The notes: generated by a model not told the origin, from the letters alone. A stretch of 64,000 bases of DNA from a virus (IMGVR_UViG_642973577_000001:1-64000); one strand, 5' to 3'; positions 8,692 through 18,006 are shown, counted from the stretch's first letter. Numbers and translations: made by a program.

Positions 8692-8777
8692 AGCTACTCT
8701 GGCTGGCCGAGTGGGCGGTTCCCCTGGCAATCGGGGGAGCCGTCCTCACCGGCATCATCTACTGGGTGACGCGATGA
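8688..8777 (+). CDS. Single-TM peptide
   Basis: MKLLWLAEW...; overlaps both neighbours by ATGA. Confidence 0.55.
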   Translation: MKLLWLAEWAVPLAIGGAVLTGIIYWVTR

Positions 8778-9019
8778 GGGAGGACTTCGCCCCGGCGAGC
8801 AGCTACGCGGAGGCCGAGATCGCCAAGCGCAATCTCGCCTACGCGACACGCCGTCACCGCAACGTCAACGGCGTCGGCTTGTCCAAGGACCAGCGCGGCT
8901 GGTACGTCAAGGTGAACCTGCGCAAGGAGCATCGGTGGTGGCACCGCAAGCTGCCCGGTGGCTGGTTCCAGGACGTGCGTGTGCGCTACCAGGTCATCGG
9001 CGAGGTCGTGGCGGCGTGA
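8774..9019 (+). CDS. Hypothetical protein
   Basis: ATGA overlap. Confidence 0.65.
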   Translation: MREDFAPASSYAEAEIAKRNLAYATRRHRNVNGVGLSKDQRGWYVKVNLRKEHRWWHRKLPGGWFQDVRVRYQVIGEVVAA

Positions 9020-9165
9020 GCGCAGGCCCAGATCCCTACCAGGAGACGTGCGACTACACCGAGGAGGCCCAGCAGTTCGGCGAGAGCTTCGAGTGCTCCC
9101 GGCCTGCTGGCCACTCGGGTAGTCACTACGACCAGTTCATCAACGCCTGGGCACCGAATAGGTGA
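9016..9165 (+). CDS. Small Cys/His protein
   Basis: C...CxxxxGHxGxH. Confidence 0.55.
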   Translation: MSAGPDPYQETCDYTEEAQQFGESFECSRPAGHSGSHYDQFINAWAPNR

Positions 9166-9314
9166 ACCGCACGCCGCTATCCACGATCTGCCGCGCCTGC
9201 CTGTGGATCGCCTGGTGGGAATGGGAAGACCACCTGACCAGGAGCAACAGCCCGATGATCGGCATCGCCTACTGCCCACGCAACCTGTACTACCACACGT
9301 GCGGCGGCAGGTAG
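9162..9314 (+). CDS. Small Cys-rich protein
   Basis: GTGA overlap, CxxC...C...HxC; not in the ORF track. Confidence 0.45.
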   Translation: MNRTPLSTICRACLWIAWWEWEDHLTRSNSPMIGIAYCPRNLYYHTCGGR

Positions 9315-9350
9315 TTGCGCACTTTCCTTCTAGTGTGCTAGACTAAAAGC
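9315..9350 (+). promoter_or_regulatory. SigA-type TTCTAG promoter, leaderless
   Basis: TTGCGC-N18-TAGACT-N6-ATG. Confidence 0.85.
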
Positions 9351-9710
9351 ATGATGCAGACCGAGATGCTCTTCGAGACCACGCCCGAGACCACCGCCGC
9401 CGCTGCCCAGATCGAGGTCGTCGAGTTCAAGTTCCGCCACAAGCGCGGCATGCTGACCGGCTTCGGCACCAAGATGTGGGACACCCGCGTTGTCGTCGCT
9501 CGCTCGAACAAGCACTACATCGAGGCCTACGGCAAGGACAAGACTTACCTCGTCAACGACTGGCAGTACTCGGGCTGGGAGGGCGGCGTCTACACCGACC
9601 CCGAGGTGTCGGGCAAGATCCGCTACTTCGCCAAGCGCGCCGACGCCGTGGCCTACGCCAAGCAGCGTGTGCGCGAGGGCGTGGCCGCAGGTCGCCCCGG
9701 TCGGGCGTAA
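9351..9710 (+). CDS. Hypothetical protein
   Basis: Leaderless start. Confidence 0.75.
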   Translation: MMQTEMLFETTPETTAAAAQIEVVEFKFRHKRGMLTGFGTKMWDTRVVVARSNKHYIEAYGKDKTYLVNDWQYSGWEGGVYTDPEVSGKIRYFAKRADAVAYAKQRVREGVAAGRPGRA

Positions 9711-10471
9711 TGCCCGCACCACGCGGAGCCGCGAGGCTGTGGACGGGCAAGGTCTTGCCCTCCACGGCCCTCGGCGAGTATGTGCCGGTGCGCCCCAAGG
9801 AGCAGCCGTGGAAGACCGGCGACGAGAAGACCGACACCCGGCGCGCCATGGCCCGCTTGCACCCGCACCGGTTCACGGTGCCGGTGCTGCAGCGCGGTGT
9901 GCCCTGCCTGCTGTGTGGCTGCCGTCCGGGCGACAAGCAGGGCGGTCGGCTCATCCACACCCAGGAGCCGCCGTACGTCATCAACCCCCTGGAGATCGTC
10001 CGCCAGAACGAGAAGCGCCAGCGGATGGAGAAGCGCCGCGCCAAGCCCAAGCGCAAGCCCCGCAAGCGCCCCTCACCCGAGCAGCTGGCCAAGGACCGAG
10101 CGGCCTACAACAAGCGCCGGGGCACCGACGATCCGCCCAAGCTCACCTACAAGGAGATCCGGGCACGGCTGGAGGCGACGGAGCCGCCCAAGCCCCGCGA
10201 GACGCCGCTGGACCTGATCAAGGTCGACGGCGAGGCTATGTACATCAGCCGCAACGATCGGTGGATGGTCGAGCGCGTGCACGTGCCGCAGAACAAGCGC
10301 CAGCGCAAGGGCCTGGGCATGTGGCGGGTCACCGAGCTGGTCGGTCCAAGCCCTCGACGCACCTGGGACGTCCTGGACCTGGAGACGGCGCGCCTCAAGA
10401 TCCACCGGATGGCCGACAACACCGTGCACACCCGGCGCGCCATGATGGACAAGAACTACGTGCCCGACTGA
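9710..10471 (+). CDS. Basic hypothetical protein
   Basis: TAATG overlap; K/R-rich; H...CxxC...H. Confidence 0.7.
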   Translation: MPAPRGAARLWTGKVLPSTALGEYVPVRPKEQPWKTGDEKTDTRRAMARLHPHRFTVPVLQRGVPCLLCGCRPGDKQGGRLIHTQEPPYVINPLEIVRQNEKRQRMEKRRAKPKRKPRKRPSPEQLAKDRAAYNKRRGTDDPPKLTYKEIRARLEATEPPKPRETPLDLIKVDGEAMYISRNDRWMVERVHVPQNKRQRKGLGMWRVTELVGPSPRRTWDVLDLETARLKIHRMADNTVHTRRAMMDKNYVPD

Positions 10472-10472
10472 G

Positions 10473-10507
10473 TTGCACTTCGACTCTCTAGGGCCTAGAA
10501 TGGAAGG
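10473..10507 (+). promoter_or_regulatory. SigA-type CTCTAG promoter, leaderless
   Basis: TTGCAC-N17-TAGAAT-N6-ATG. Confidence 0.8.
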
Positions 10508-10678
10508 ATGCACCCCACCCACGACGATGCCGTCATCTACTGGATGATCGAGACCGCCGACGAGGACGGCAACGCGCTCGACATCCCCTTCACCGGGACA
10601 CGCACCGAGGCGCGGGCCGAGGCCCGCCTTCATCCCGGCTCCACCCTTTCCACCTACGCAGAATGGAAGAACGCATGA
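10508..10678 (+). CDS. Small leaderless protein (56 aa)
   Basis: MHPTHDDAVIYW...; not in the ORF track. Confidence 0.65.
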   Translation: MHPTHDDAVIYWMIETADEDGNALDIPFTGTRTEARAEARLHPGSTLSTYAEWKNA

Positions 10679-11142
10679 ACCTGACAGGCGTCAAGGTCGG
10701 CGACCCGATCGTCATCGAGAAGTCCGAGCACCGGCACTCCAAGGACGATCGCCCGCTGCCAGTCTACGAGGGCAAGGTGACCAAGGTCGCCCGCAAGTAC
10801 TTCACGGTCGAGTACTTCATCAGCTACGGCTGGAGCGACGACCCCACGCGAGGCCATACCAACGAGGAGCAGTTCGAGATCGCCACGGGCCGCGAGCGCC
10901 CGAAGAACCCGGACTTCACCAACTACCTGGACCGCGCCTACACGCCTGAGGCCTGGCAGGAGGAGCTGTACAGCCGCGAGATCCGTAAGAAGTTGCGCGA
11001 GGACCACCGGTTCTGGGGCAGCTCCGGCAACGATGGCACGGTGGCCAACCTGGGCAAGCTCACGCTGCTCGAACAGGTCGAACTGCTCGCCTTCCTGGAC
11101 CGGGTGAAGGAGCGCCAGCAGAAGGTGGACCTGGACCGATGA
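10675..11142 (+). CDS. Hypothetical protein (SH3/beta-barrel-like)
   Basis: VKVGD...VTKVARKYFTV. Confidence 0.7.
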   Translation: MNLTGVKVGDPIVIEKSEHRHSKDDRPLPVYEGKVTKVARKYFTVEYFISYGWSDDPTRGHTNEEQFEIATGRERPKNPDFTNYLDRAYTPEAWQEELYSREIRKKLREDHRFWGSSGNDGTVANLGKLTLLEQVELLAFLDRVKERQQKVDLDR

Positions 11143-11537
11143 GCACCGACGAGACCTGCCGCAACTGCCACGCCCGCACCGCCGAGCCTGGAGGGCTGTG
11201 CAAGGACTGCGCCAGCAGGAAGCCGCGCCAGCAGTACCGCACGCCCGACGGCAGCATCTGGGAGAAGTCGACCGAGCCGTTCGCGTTCACGTTCCTCCGG
11301 GTCGACAGCCCGGACGGCGGGCACGAGGACGACTTCCGCGCCCAGAAGCTCGACGAGGTGCTGGAGTCGTGGGGACCGCTGAGCCTGTACGACGCCCGCC
11401 AGGAGAAGATCGACGCACTCGCCCACGCCGCCATCGCGACCAAGACGGTGCTGGGCCACGTGCCGAGCGCCATGGCCACGCTGTACGCCCACCTGGAGGC
11501 CGACGGCTGGGAACTGACCAGGAAGCGGGACGACTGA
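11139..11537 (+). CDS. Hypothetical protein with N-terminal Zn ribbon
   Basis: CxxC...CxxC. Confidence 0.7.
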   Translation: MSTDETCRNCHARTAEPGGLCKDCASRKPRQQYRTPDGSIWEKSTEPFAFTFLRVDSPDGGHEDDFRAQKLDEVLESWGPLSLYDARQEKIDALAHAAIATKTVLGHVPSAMATLYAHLEADGWELTRKRDD

Positions 11538-11800
11538 TGTACCGCAAGTGGTACGCGCTGCACTGCGACTACAAGAAGTGCCAGGAGCACGTCGAGCCGC
11601 ACGAGAGCAAGTTCAAGGCCCGCGAGACGGCCCTGGCGACCGGCTGGGAGGAGCGCGCCAACCGCATGCTCTGCCCGACGCACGTGCGCAAGGACAACGA
11701 GCGCATCGAGGAGGCCGCACGCCAGCGGCGCATCCACCTGGCGCGGCTGAACCTGGAGAAGTTCGACCAGATGGCCAAGGCGTCCGGGTTGCAGGAATAG
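11537..11800 (+). CDS. Small Zn-binding protein
   Basis: CDxxxC...GW...CPxH. Confidence 0.65.
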   Translation: MYRKWYALHCDYKKCQEHVEPHESKFKARETALATGWEERANRMLCPTHVRKDNERIEEAARQRRIHLARLNLEKFDQMAKASGLQE

Positions 11801-11824
11801 TTTCTAGCAAGGTAGAATGAAACG
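11789..11824 (+). promoter_or_regulatory. SigA-type TTCTAG promoter, leaderless
   Basis: TTGCAG-N18-TAGAAT-N6-ATG. Confidence 0.85.
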
Positions 11825-13018
11825 ATGAACGATCAACTGATGCGCGAGCTTGGTGAGCGGTTCGCCCGCGCCGACCGCAAGCTGTTCCTGGTGGGCGGCT
11901 CGGTGCGCGACCTGCTGCTGGCCAAGACGCCGAAGGACTTCGACTTCACCACTGACGCGCTGCCCAAAGAGATCCAGGGCATCCTGCGCGACTGGGCCGA
12001 CGCGGTGTGGGACGTCGGTGCGCGGTTCGGCACGATCGCCGCCCAGAAGGACGGCTTCGAGATCGAGATCACGACCATGCGCCACGACGGTCCGGGCCGC
12101 AAGCCCGAGGTGGTGTTCACCGACGACATCATCGAGGACCTGGTGCGCCGGGACTTCACCATCAACGCGATGGCGATGCAGGTCGACGCCGAGGGTCTGC
12201 ACCAGGGCGTCAGCGACGTGATCGACCCCTTCAACGGTCGCACCGATCTGTTCCTGGACCTGCTCAAGACTCCTGCCGAGCCGTGGAAGACGTTCACCGA
12301 GGACCCGCTGCGGATGATGCGGGCTGCGCGGTTCGCCGCCCAGCTCGACTTCAAGGTGGGCGACACCGAGTCGCTGTCGATCCTGTCTAACCGCGAGCTG
12401 ATCAAGAGCGTGTCCGCAGAGCGTATCGCCGCCGAGCTGGACAAGATCGTGGCCGCGCAGCACTCGTTCAAGGGCTGGAGCGCGCTGCTGCACTCGCGCA
12501 TCCTGGAGATCATCCTGCCTGAGTTCATCGGTGCTCCGGTCGCCTGGGTGGCCAGCACCGACATCAACGTGCGCTGGGCCGACACGCTCATCACCGCAGG
12601 CGTCAAGCCCGACCAGGTGCCCGCCATCGGCAAGCGCCTCAAGTGGTCCAACGAGCGCCGCCAGAGCGTCACCAACCTGGTGACGTGGGTCGAGCGGTTC
12701 GCGCTGGTGCAGGACTGGTCCTGGACCGAGGTGCGCCGTGTGGTCGCCGCAGCAGGGCCGCAGCTCGACGGGCTGCTGGCTCTCCTGGACGACGACATCC
12801 TCAAGGGCAGGGTGGAGACGCTGCTGGCCACCGAGGGCCATCCCAAGCCGCTGCTGACCGGCAAGGAGATCCTGCTGGCTCTGGGCGTCAAGCCGGGTCC
12901 GGTCGTGGGCCGCGCCCAGCAGTTCCTGTGGGACGTGCGCCTGCGGGAGGGCAACATCTCCAAGCACCACGCCGCGCTGCTGCTCAAGGACTGGGCGGCA
13001 GACAAGGTGATCGTGTGA
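11825..13018 (+). CDS. cca: Class II tRNA nucleotidyltransferase (CCA-adding/poly(A) polymerase family)
   Basis: GGSVRD, DFD, RRDFTINAM, EDPLRMMRAARF, SAERI. Confidence 0.92.
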   Translation: MNDQLMRELGERFARADRKLFLVGGSVRDLLLAKTPKDFDFTTDALPKEIQGILRDWADAVWDVGARFGTIAAQKDGFEIEITTMRHDGPGRKPEVVFTDDIIEDLVRRDFTINAMAMQVDAEGLHQGVSDVIDPFNGRTDLFLDLLKTPAEPWKTFTEDPLRMMRAARFAAQLDFKVGDTESLSILSNRELIKSVSAERIAAELDKIVAAQHSFKGWSALLHSRILEIILPEFIGAPVAWVASTDINVRWADTLITAGVKPDQVPAIGKRLKWSNERRQSVTNLVTWVERFALVQDWSWTEVRRVVAAAGPQLDGLLALLDDDILKGRVETLLATEGHPKPLLTGKEILLALGVKPGPVVGRAQQFLWDVRLREGNISKHHAALLLKDWAADKVIV

Positions 13019-13026
13019 GCTAGGGC

Positions 13027-13061
13027 TTGCAATTCCTTCTAGGCTCTGTCATACTTAATGC
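13027..13061 (+). promoter_or_regulatory. SigA-type TTCTAG promoter, leaderless
   Basis: TTGCAA-N17-CATACT-N6-ATG. Confidence 0.85.
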
Positions 13062-13328
13062 ATGGCCGCGAACAAGTACAAGCTGAACTGGAAGACCGAG
13101 ACCAACACCTCCGCCCACGGCGGCGTCAAGGTCGCTACCACGCACTTCGGTGTGGTCTACCGGCTCATGAAGGACAACGGCGGAGACGCCCAGGGCTGGC
13201 ACGCCACCGTGACCGTGCCGCGCCACTCGGGCATCGGCCCGCAGACCGTCGCGCTCGCCTCCGGCGTCACCTTCGCCGAGGCCCGCAAGGCAGCCCAGGA
13301 CGACGCGACCCGCTCCGGCGGGCGCTGA
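13062..13328 (+). CDS. Hypothetical protein
   Basis: Leaderless start. Confidence 0.75.
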   Translation: MAANKYKLNWKTETNTSAHGGVKVATTHFGVVYRLMKDNGGDAQGWHATVTVPRHSGIGPQTVALASGVTFAEARKAAQDDATRSGGR

Positions 13329-13330
13329 GC

Positions 13331-13359
13331 TTGCACCAGCTCTTCTAGTCCGCTATACT
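13331..13359 (+). promoter_or_regulatory. SigA-type TTCTAG promoter, leadered
   Basis: TTGCAC-N17-TATACT, then CCCACCCAC leader and AGGAG. Confidence 0.8.
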
Positions 13360-13391
13360 TAAACTACCCACCCACGAGCACAGGAGCACAA

Positions 13392-13733
13392 ATGCCGAAC
13401 AGCACCACCACCGACGTCCTTGCCAGCAACATCGACCCGTTCGCGTTCAAGGACAGCCACGTCAGCGCACGCGGCACCCGGATCTACTGGGCCGTCACCT
13501 GGCTCGACTCGGCCACGCCGAACGGTCGCTACGAGATCGAGAAGCTGTCGGCCAGCATGTGGTCGGTCACTCACTACCAGGTGATGAAGGGCGGCGAGCA
13601 GAAGTTCACCCGCCACATCGGCCCTGCCGACAGCAAGCAGCAGGCGATGCGCCTGGCCCAGCTCGACAGCAACCGCCTCGGCACCAACATCGCCAGCGCG
13701 TTCGTCAAGGGCCACGGCCTGATCAGCGCCTGA
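13392..13733 (+). CDS. Hypothetical protein
   Basis: AGGAG RBS. Confidence 0.75.
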   Translation: MPNSTTTDVLASNIDPFAFKDSHVSARGTRIYWAVTWLDSATPNGRYEIEKLSASMWSVTHYQVMKGGEQKFTRHIGPADSKQQAMRLAQLDSNRLGTNIASAFVKGHGLISA

Positions 13734-13764
13734 CCACCGACCACCCACCCACGAGAGGAACACC

Positions 13765-14112
13765 ATGAACCAGCCCACGTCCAAGGTCTTCGAGGCCGTC
13801 AGCGACTTCTACCGCATTGCCGGTGAGCTGGCCGAGTTCGGAGCGTCCGACACCGAGCCGCGTGGCGTCTTCGCCGACGCCTTCGAGGCCGCGATCGTCG
13901 GCCACGAGTTCGCCATCCCGCGCAAGGCGTGGAGCGACCGCTGGGACGAGCGGTCCTGGCAGCTCTACAGCGGCATGAAGGGCAACGCCCAGGCTGCCGC
14001 CAAGCTCGCCGCCGCCACCCGCAAGGTCGTCAAGCTGGCCAAGGCCGACCAGGCTGCCGCCATCGAGACCTGGAAGTGGTACTTCGGCTTCACCCCGGCA
14101 GGAGTCTGGTGA
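13765..14112 (+). CDS. Hypothetical protein
   Basis: GAGAGGA RBS. Confidence 0.75.
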   Translation: MNQPTSKVFEAVSDFYRIAGELAEFGASDTEPRGVFADAFEAAIVGHEFAIPRKAWSDRWDERSWQLYSGMKGNAQAAAKLAAATRKVVKLAKADQAAAIETWKWYFGFTPAGVW

Positions 14113-14315
14113 TGGGCTGGACCTGGCGCAAGAGCAAGTCGTTCGGCCCGCTGCGGCTGACGCTGACGAAGAGCGGTATCAGCGCCAGCCTCGGAGCAGG
14201 CCCAGTACGCTTCACCAAGGCCGCTGACGGCTCTGTGTGGCGCACTGTCAGGATTCCCGGTACGGGGATCTACAACCGTCAACGCATCAACCCACCCAAC
14301 AGGAGGAATCAGTGA
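14112..14315 (+). CDS. DUF4236-like protein
   Basis: MGWTWRKSKSFGPLRLTLTKSGISASLG...IPGTGI. Confidence 0.75.
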   Translation: MGWTWRKSKSFGPLRLTLTKSGISASLGAGPVRFTKAADGSVWRTVRIPGTGIYNRQRINPPNRRNQ

Positions 14316-15331
14316 ATCGCATCATCCCCACGGCGCTCGCCGCCGCAGCTCTCGCCACCTCGGTGCCCATCGGCATCGGCGTGGCCGAGGCAGCCCGCAC
14401 GGTCTACATCGCGGGCACCCGCGAGATCACCGCCGACCGCGAGGTGACCGTCTCGGAGTACGAGAAGATCACCGGCAGCAGGTACGACAGCCCGCAGGAT
14501 CAGGACTTCATCGTCCAGTACAACCGCGAGCTGGCACCGTTCATCGGCACCACGTTCCTGGACCGCTCGGTGGCTGGCGGTGTGAAGGCCACTCCGGTGC
14601 TCCAGGACGGTGACCGCCAGGTCTGCGTCTCTCAGGGCTGCCTGGTGGCCGCAGGAGCCGCCAACCAGAACCCGGTGGCCCTCGCTGCGCACTTCGACCA
14701 GTACGGCGACCCGACCAACCGCGACGGTGGCCTGGTGACCAAGCTGCCGTTCATCCCGACCGTGCCGCGCACGCCTGCCGCCCCGCTGCCGGAAAACTCG
14801 ACCCGGACCACCTGGAGCATCGAGCGCGAGATCATCGCCGACGCCCCGGACGTGCCGGTGTGGCAGAACCCGCTGGCCTGGGCCGAGTCGGTCGCCAGCG
14901 GCATCGAGAACCACAGCAAGTACAGCCAGGCCTATCTGGATGAGCAGGTCGCCGCCGGTAAGGTCGTCGAGGTCGCGGACGATGACAACAACCCGAACGA
15001 CAAGCACTACCTGGTCAAGCGCGACCAGCTGTCGATCACCAGGCCGGTGCGCGACCTGGAGTACGGCCTGACCCGGCAGAACCGGGGCACCGATGCTCTG
15101 GACGATGCCCTGCGCCCGATCATCAACAAGGGCTGGAAGGGCGACCGCACGGGGACGCTGGTGACCAGCGGACCGAAGCCGCAGAAGGACGAGGAGGCGA
15201 AGGATGACAACGACACCACCAGCGCGCAACGACGTAATGGCGCGAGTGAAGGCGCATCCGGCGTATCCCGAGATCAGAAGGATGATCGACCGTCAGACTC
15301 GGATTCGGGATCAGGCGCAGGCCAGGATTGA
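14312..15331 (+). CDS. Secreted PE-PPE-domain-like serine hydrolase
   Basis: Signal peptide; xSQG nucleophile elbow, GDPxNxxGG, IADxP...NPLA...H..Y. Confidence 0.65.
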   Translation: MNRIIPTALAAAALATSVPIGIGVAEAARTVYIAGTREITADREVTVSEYEKITGSRYDSPQDQDFIVQYNRELAPFIGTTFLDRSVAGGVKATPVLQDGDRQVCVSQGCLVAAGAANQNPVALAAHFDQYGDPTNRDGGLVTKLPFIPTVPRTPAAPLPENSTRTTWSIEREIIADAPDVPVWQNPLAWAESVASGIENHSKYSQAYLDEQVAAGKVVEVADDDNNPNDKHYLVKRDQLSITRPVRDLEYGLTRQNRGTDALDDALRPIINKGWKGDRTGTLVTSGPKPQKDEEAKDDNDTTSAQRRNGASEGASGVSRDQKDDRPSDSDSGSGAGQD

Positions 15332-15404
15332 CATCTGGTCGCGCCGCCTGGACGACATCGTGGCCGAGGAGATCATGAAGGCGAAGTTGGAGACCCAGCC
15401 GTAG
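15204..15404 (+). CDS. Hypothetical protein overlapping the previous ORF
   Basis: GAGGAGG RBS; fills the gap before the promoter. Confidence 0.55.
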   Translation: MTTTPPARNDVMARVKAHPAYPEIRRMIDRQTRIRDQAQARIDIWSRRLDDIVAEEIMKAKLETQP

Positions 15405-15407
15405 GAC

Positions 15408-15436
15408 TTGCGGCTGGGCCTTCCAGCGCCTATAAT
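15408..15436 (+). promoter_or_regulatory. SigA-type promoter (TTCCAG variant)
   Basis: TTGCGG-N17-TATAAT. Confidence 0.8.
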
Positions 15437-15478
15437 TAAAGAGTACCAAGCACCACCACCCACGAGAAGGAGTACTCC

Positions 15479-15961
15479 ATGTACGAGCGCAAGTTCACCG
15501 GTCGCAATTGCCCCACCGGCTACGTCACCGCCAGCGAGATCGCCAAGATGATGCGGGCCGACATCAAGGCCGCGATCAAGGACGGCAAGCTGCCCGGTGG
15601 GATGCGCAACTACTCGGTGCGGATCGACAACTACTCCGGCGGTCGCTCGATCGACATCACCGCCCAGGACCTGGACGGCATGTGGACGGTCTGCCCCGGT
15701 ATGGCCAAGACCGGCTGCAACCACTGGGACTGCCAGCGTGGCCACACCGCCGAGGTGCTGACCGCCAAGGGCCAGAAGGTCGAGAAGGTCCTCAAGGACA
15801 TCCACTCGTCGTACAACTACGACGCCAGCGAGGTCCAGGTCGACTACTTCAACGTCAACTTCTACGGCTCGGCCAAGATCGAGGACACCCGGCACGCCGC
15901 GTTCCGCGCCTCGGAGAAGGCCCGCAAGGAAGCCCGCAAGGCCGCGAAGCTGGCCGCGTGA
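15479..15961 (+). CDS. LPD29-like (large polyvalent protein-associated) domain protein
   Basis: YSVR...YSGGxSIDI...YNYDxS...DYFNVNFY. Confidence 0.6.
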   Translation: MYERKFTGRNCPTGYVTASEIAKMMRADIKAAIKDGKLPGGMRNYSVRIDNYSGGRSIDITAQDLDGMWTVCPGMAKTGCNHWDCQRGHTAEVLTAKGQKVEKVLKDIHSSYNYDASEVQVDYFNVNFYGSAKIEDTRHAAFRASEKARKEARKAAKLAA

Positions 15962-16056
15962 GCGCCACGCTGTGGGCCGTGCTCGTGCCCATCATCCTGT
16001 TCATTCTCTGGGCCAACGTCTACGGCCTCTACCTGCTCGTGAGGAGCTACTTCTGA
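15958..16056 (+). CDS. Single-TM peptide
   Basis: GTGA overlap; hydrophobic. Confidence 0.5.
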   Translation: MSATLWAVLVPIILFILWANVYGLYLLVRSYF

Positions 16057-16400
16057 TGACCATGAGTATCACCGGGGTCAAGTTCGTCAAGACCGGCGAC
16101 GAGGCCACCAAGCTGCTGGAAGCGGCCATGCTCGGCATGTCGTTCACCGACAACAGCGGCCACCACGACGTCAAGGTGATCGCCGCCCGCATCCGCGACG
16201 AGCTGATGACGATGGGCTGGGAGATGCAGATGACCGGCGAGCCTGACATCAAGGGTCGTCTGGAGCGCGCTGCCGGTCGACTCCAGGAACGCATCGACGA
16301 ACTCAGGGACCGCCGCACGGCGCGCACCGAGGTCCAGCGCCTGGAGGCCAAGCTCGACGGCGTGAAGCTGGCGCTGTCGTACTTCGGGGACTACCGATGA
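16056..16400 (+). CDS. Hypothetical protein
   Basis: TGATG overlap; C-terminal coiled coil. Confidence 0.7.
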   Translation: MTMSITGVKFVKTGDEATKLLEAAMLGMSFTDNSGHHDVKVIAARIRDELMTMGWEMQMTGEPDIKGRLERAAGRLQERIDELRDRRTARTEVQRLEAKLDGVKLALSYFGDYR

Positions 16401-16741
16401 AGCAGGTCATCGTCATGCGCACCGACCTGGGCATGCGTAAGGGCAAGATGATCGCCCAGGGCGCTCACGCGAGCCTGGCTGCGGTGCTGCCCTACCGCGA
16501 CGACTTCCGCGTCCAGGCCTGGCTCAAGAACTCGTTCACCAAGATCTGCCTGCGCGTCGACTCCGAGGAGGAGCTGATGAGCATCTTCGCCAAGGCCGTG
16601 CACAAGGGCCTGATCTGCGAGCTGATCACCGACAGCGGCAAGACCGAGTTCCACGGCGTGCCCACCAAGACCTGCCTGGCCATCGGTCCCGACCTGGAGC
16701 CGATCATCGACGAGATCACAGGGGAGTTGCACCTGCTATGA
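16397..16741 (+). CDS. pth2: Peptidyl-tRNA hydrolase, Pth2 type
   Basis: KQVIVMRTDL, GKMIAQGAHA, DSGKTE, TCLAIGP, IDEITG. Confidence 0.93.
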   Translation: MKQVIVMRTDLGMRKGKMIAQGAHASLAAVLPYRDDFRVQAWLKNSFTKICLRVDSEEELMSIFAKAVHKGLICELITDSGKTEFHGVPTKTCLAIGPDLEPIIDEITGELHLL

Positions 16742-17058
16742 CCGACATGCGCTGTTACTTCTCCGGCGCGGAGATCGCCCCGGAGATGGCCGACAAGATG
16801 GAGCAGGCTGGCCAGATCCACGTCGGCTCCGGTGCCTCCGGCGGTCGCCCGATGGACCCGCAGTACCGCGACGTTCCAGCGGGACCGTGGATACTCTTCC
16901 AGCCTGGTCCGGGCAACAACTGGATCGAGAGGCAGGAGGGCAACTGTCCCTGGTGTCACGCGCCCTGGAAGGCCCACCTGCGTCCCGTCTGGATTCGCAA
17001 GGACAAGCGCCACATCTGCCCGCACGCACCACAACCACAGGAGGTCCTACCCGAATGA
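16738..17058 (+). CDS. Hypothetical protein
   Basis: CPWC...H...CP. Confidence 0.65.
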   Translation: MTDMRCYFSGAEIAPEMADKMEQAGQIHVGSGASGGRPMDPQYRDVPAGPWILFQPGPGNNWIERQEGNCPWCHAPWKAHLRPVWIRKDKRHICPHAPQPQEVLPE

Positions 17059-17402
17059 GCATCACCACCAACGCATTCGGCCAGCCGCTGAGCGTCGGCG
17101 ATGTCGTGGGCTGGGGGCACCGCAACGGGAACATGAGCGCCCATCAGGTCGGCGTCATCCTGGAGTTCCGGCCCTACGAGGTGCCGCAGCGGACCTACGA
17201 CTACGACAACCGCTCCTGGGAGGAGCACCCGCCGCTGACCCGGTACAAGATCAAGTGCGTGTGGCTGAACAGCCGCGAGTACACCAGCACCTGCGAGGCC
17301 CGCGACGTCTTCCTGCTCGACGTCGAGACCCTGGACGAGCAGCTCGCGCTGCGGTGTAAGGCAACTGAGGCATACGAGAAGACCCACGCAGGTAGGAGTT
17401 GA
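17055..17402 (+). CDS. Hypothetical protein
   Basis: GGAGG RBS; FGQPLSVGDVV. Confidence 0.7.
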   Translation: MSITTNAFGQPLSVGDVVGWGHRNGNMSAHQVGVILEFRPYEVPQRTYDYDNRSWEEHPPLTRYKIKCVWLNSREYTSTCEARDVFLLDVETLDEQLALRCKATEAYEKTHAGRS

Positions 17403-17433
17403 CTTTCCTTCTAGTAACTGTCATACTCGAATC
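17399..17433 (+). promoter_or_regulatory. SigA-type TTCTAG promoter, leaderless
   Basis: TTGACT-N17-CATACT-N6-ATG. Confidence 0.85.
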
Positions 17434-17655
17434 ATGGCAAAAGCGGACTTCTCCAGCTACGAACTGCACTACACCTTCAACAAGGGTGCCGACGACGAGT
17501 TCAAACTCATCGTGCGCAAGGGGCCGTCGGGCTATGGTAAGCACTACGTCCTCGACGGTGTGACCCGCAAGTACCTGACCAAGGGCGCGCAGTCCAAGTC
17601 CTACGCGATCTCGCAGATGCTGGGTATCGCGGGCCAGATGGGAGCGCGGTCGTGA
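17434..17655 (+). CDS. Hypothetical protein
   Basis: Leaderless start. Confidence 0.7.
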   Translation: MAKADFSSYELHYTFNKGADDEFKLIVRKGPSGYGKHYVLDGVTRKYLTKGAQSKSYAISQMLGIAGQMGARS

Positions 17656-17849
17656 GCAACCTGGAGGCGGTCCTGCTCCTGCTCGTCTACGTCGGCGGCG
17701 GGCTGTTGACAATCGGCCTCATCGCCGCCGGGATCGCCTGGGTCTCGACTCGGGACATGGACCTGTGCCCCGGCTGTGGAGAGGCCATGTGGGACTGCCT
17801 GAACAAGAGGGCCTCGTGCCCGCCACTGCCAAGGAGAGAAGATGCCTGA
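17652..17849 (+). CDS. Membrane protein with Cys motif
   Basis: TM segment plus CPGC. Confidence 0.6.
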   Translation: MSNLEAVLLLLVYVGGGLLTIGLIAAGIAWVSTRDMDLCPGCGEAMWDCLNKRASCPPLPRREDA

Positions 17850-18006
17850 GGAACTGACCCCGGTCGAACGATCGCGCCGGATGAAAGCCGCGCAGACCCT
17901 GCACGAGGCCTCGACGATCCTGAGCGTCTACAAGAAGGGTGACCTCGAACTCGCCCAGAAGCTCATGGACATCGCCGACGAGATCGCCCCGAACCAGGGG
18001 CAGTGA
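17842..18006 (+). CDS. Small hypothetical protein
   Basis: AAGGAG RBS; not in the ORF track. Confidence 0.55.
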   Translation: MPEELTPVERSRRMKAAQTLHEASTILSVYKKGDLELAQKLMDIADEIAPNQGQ

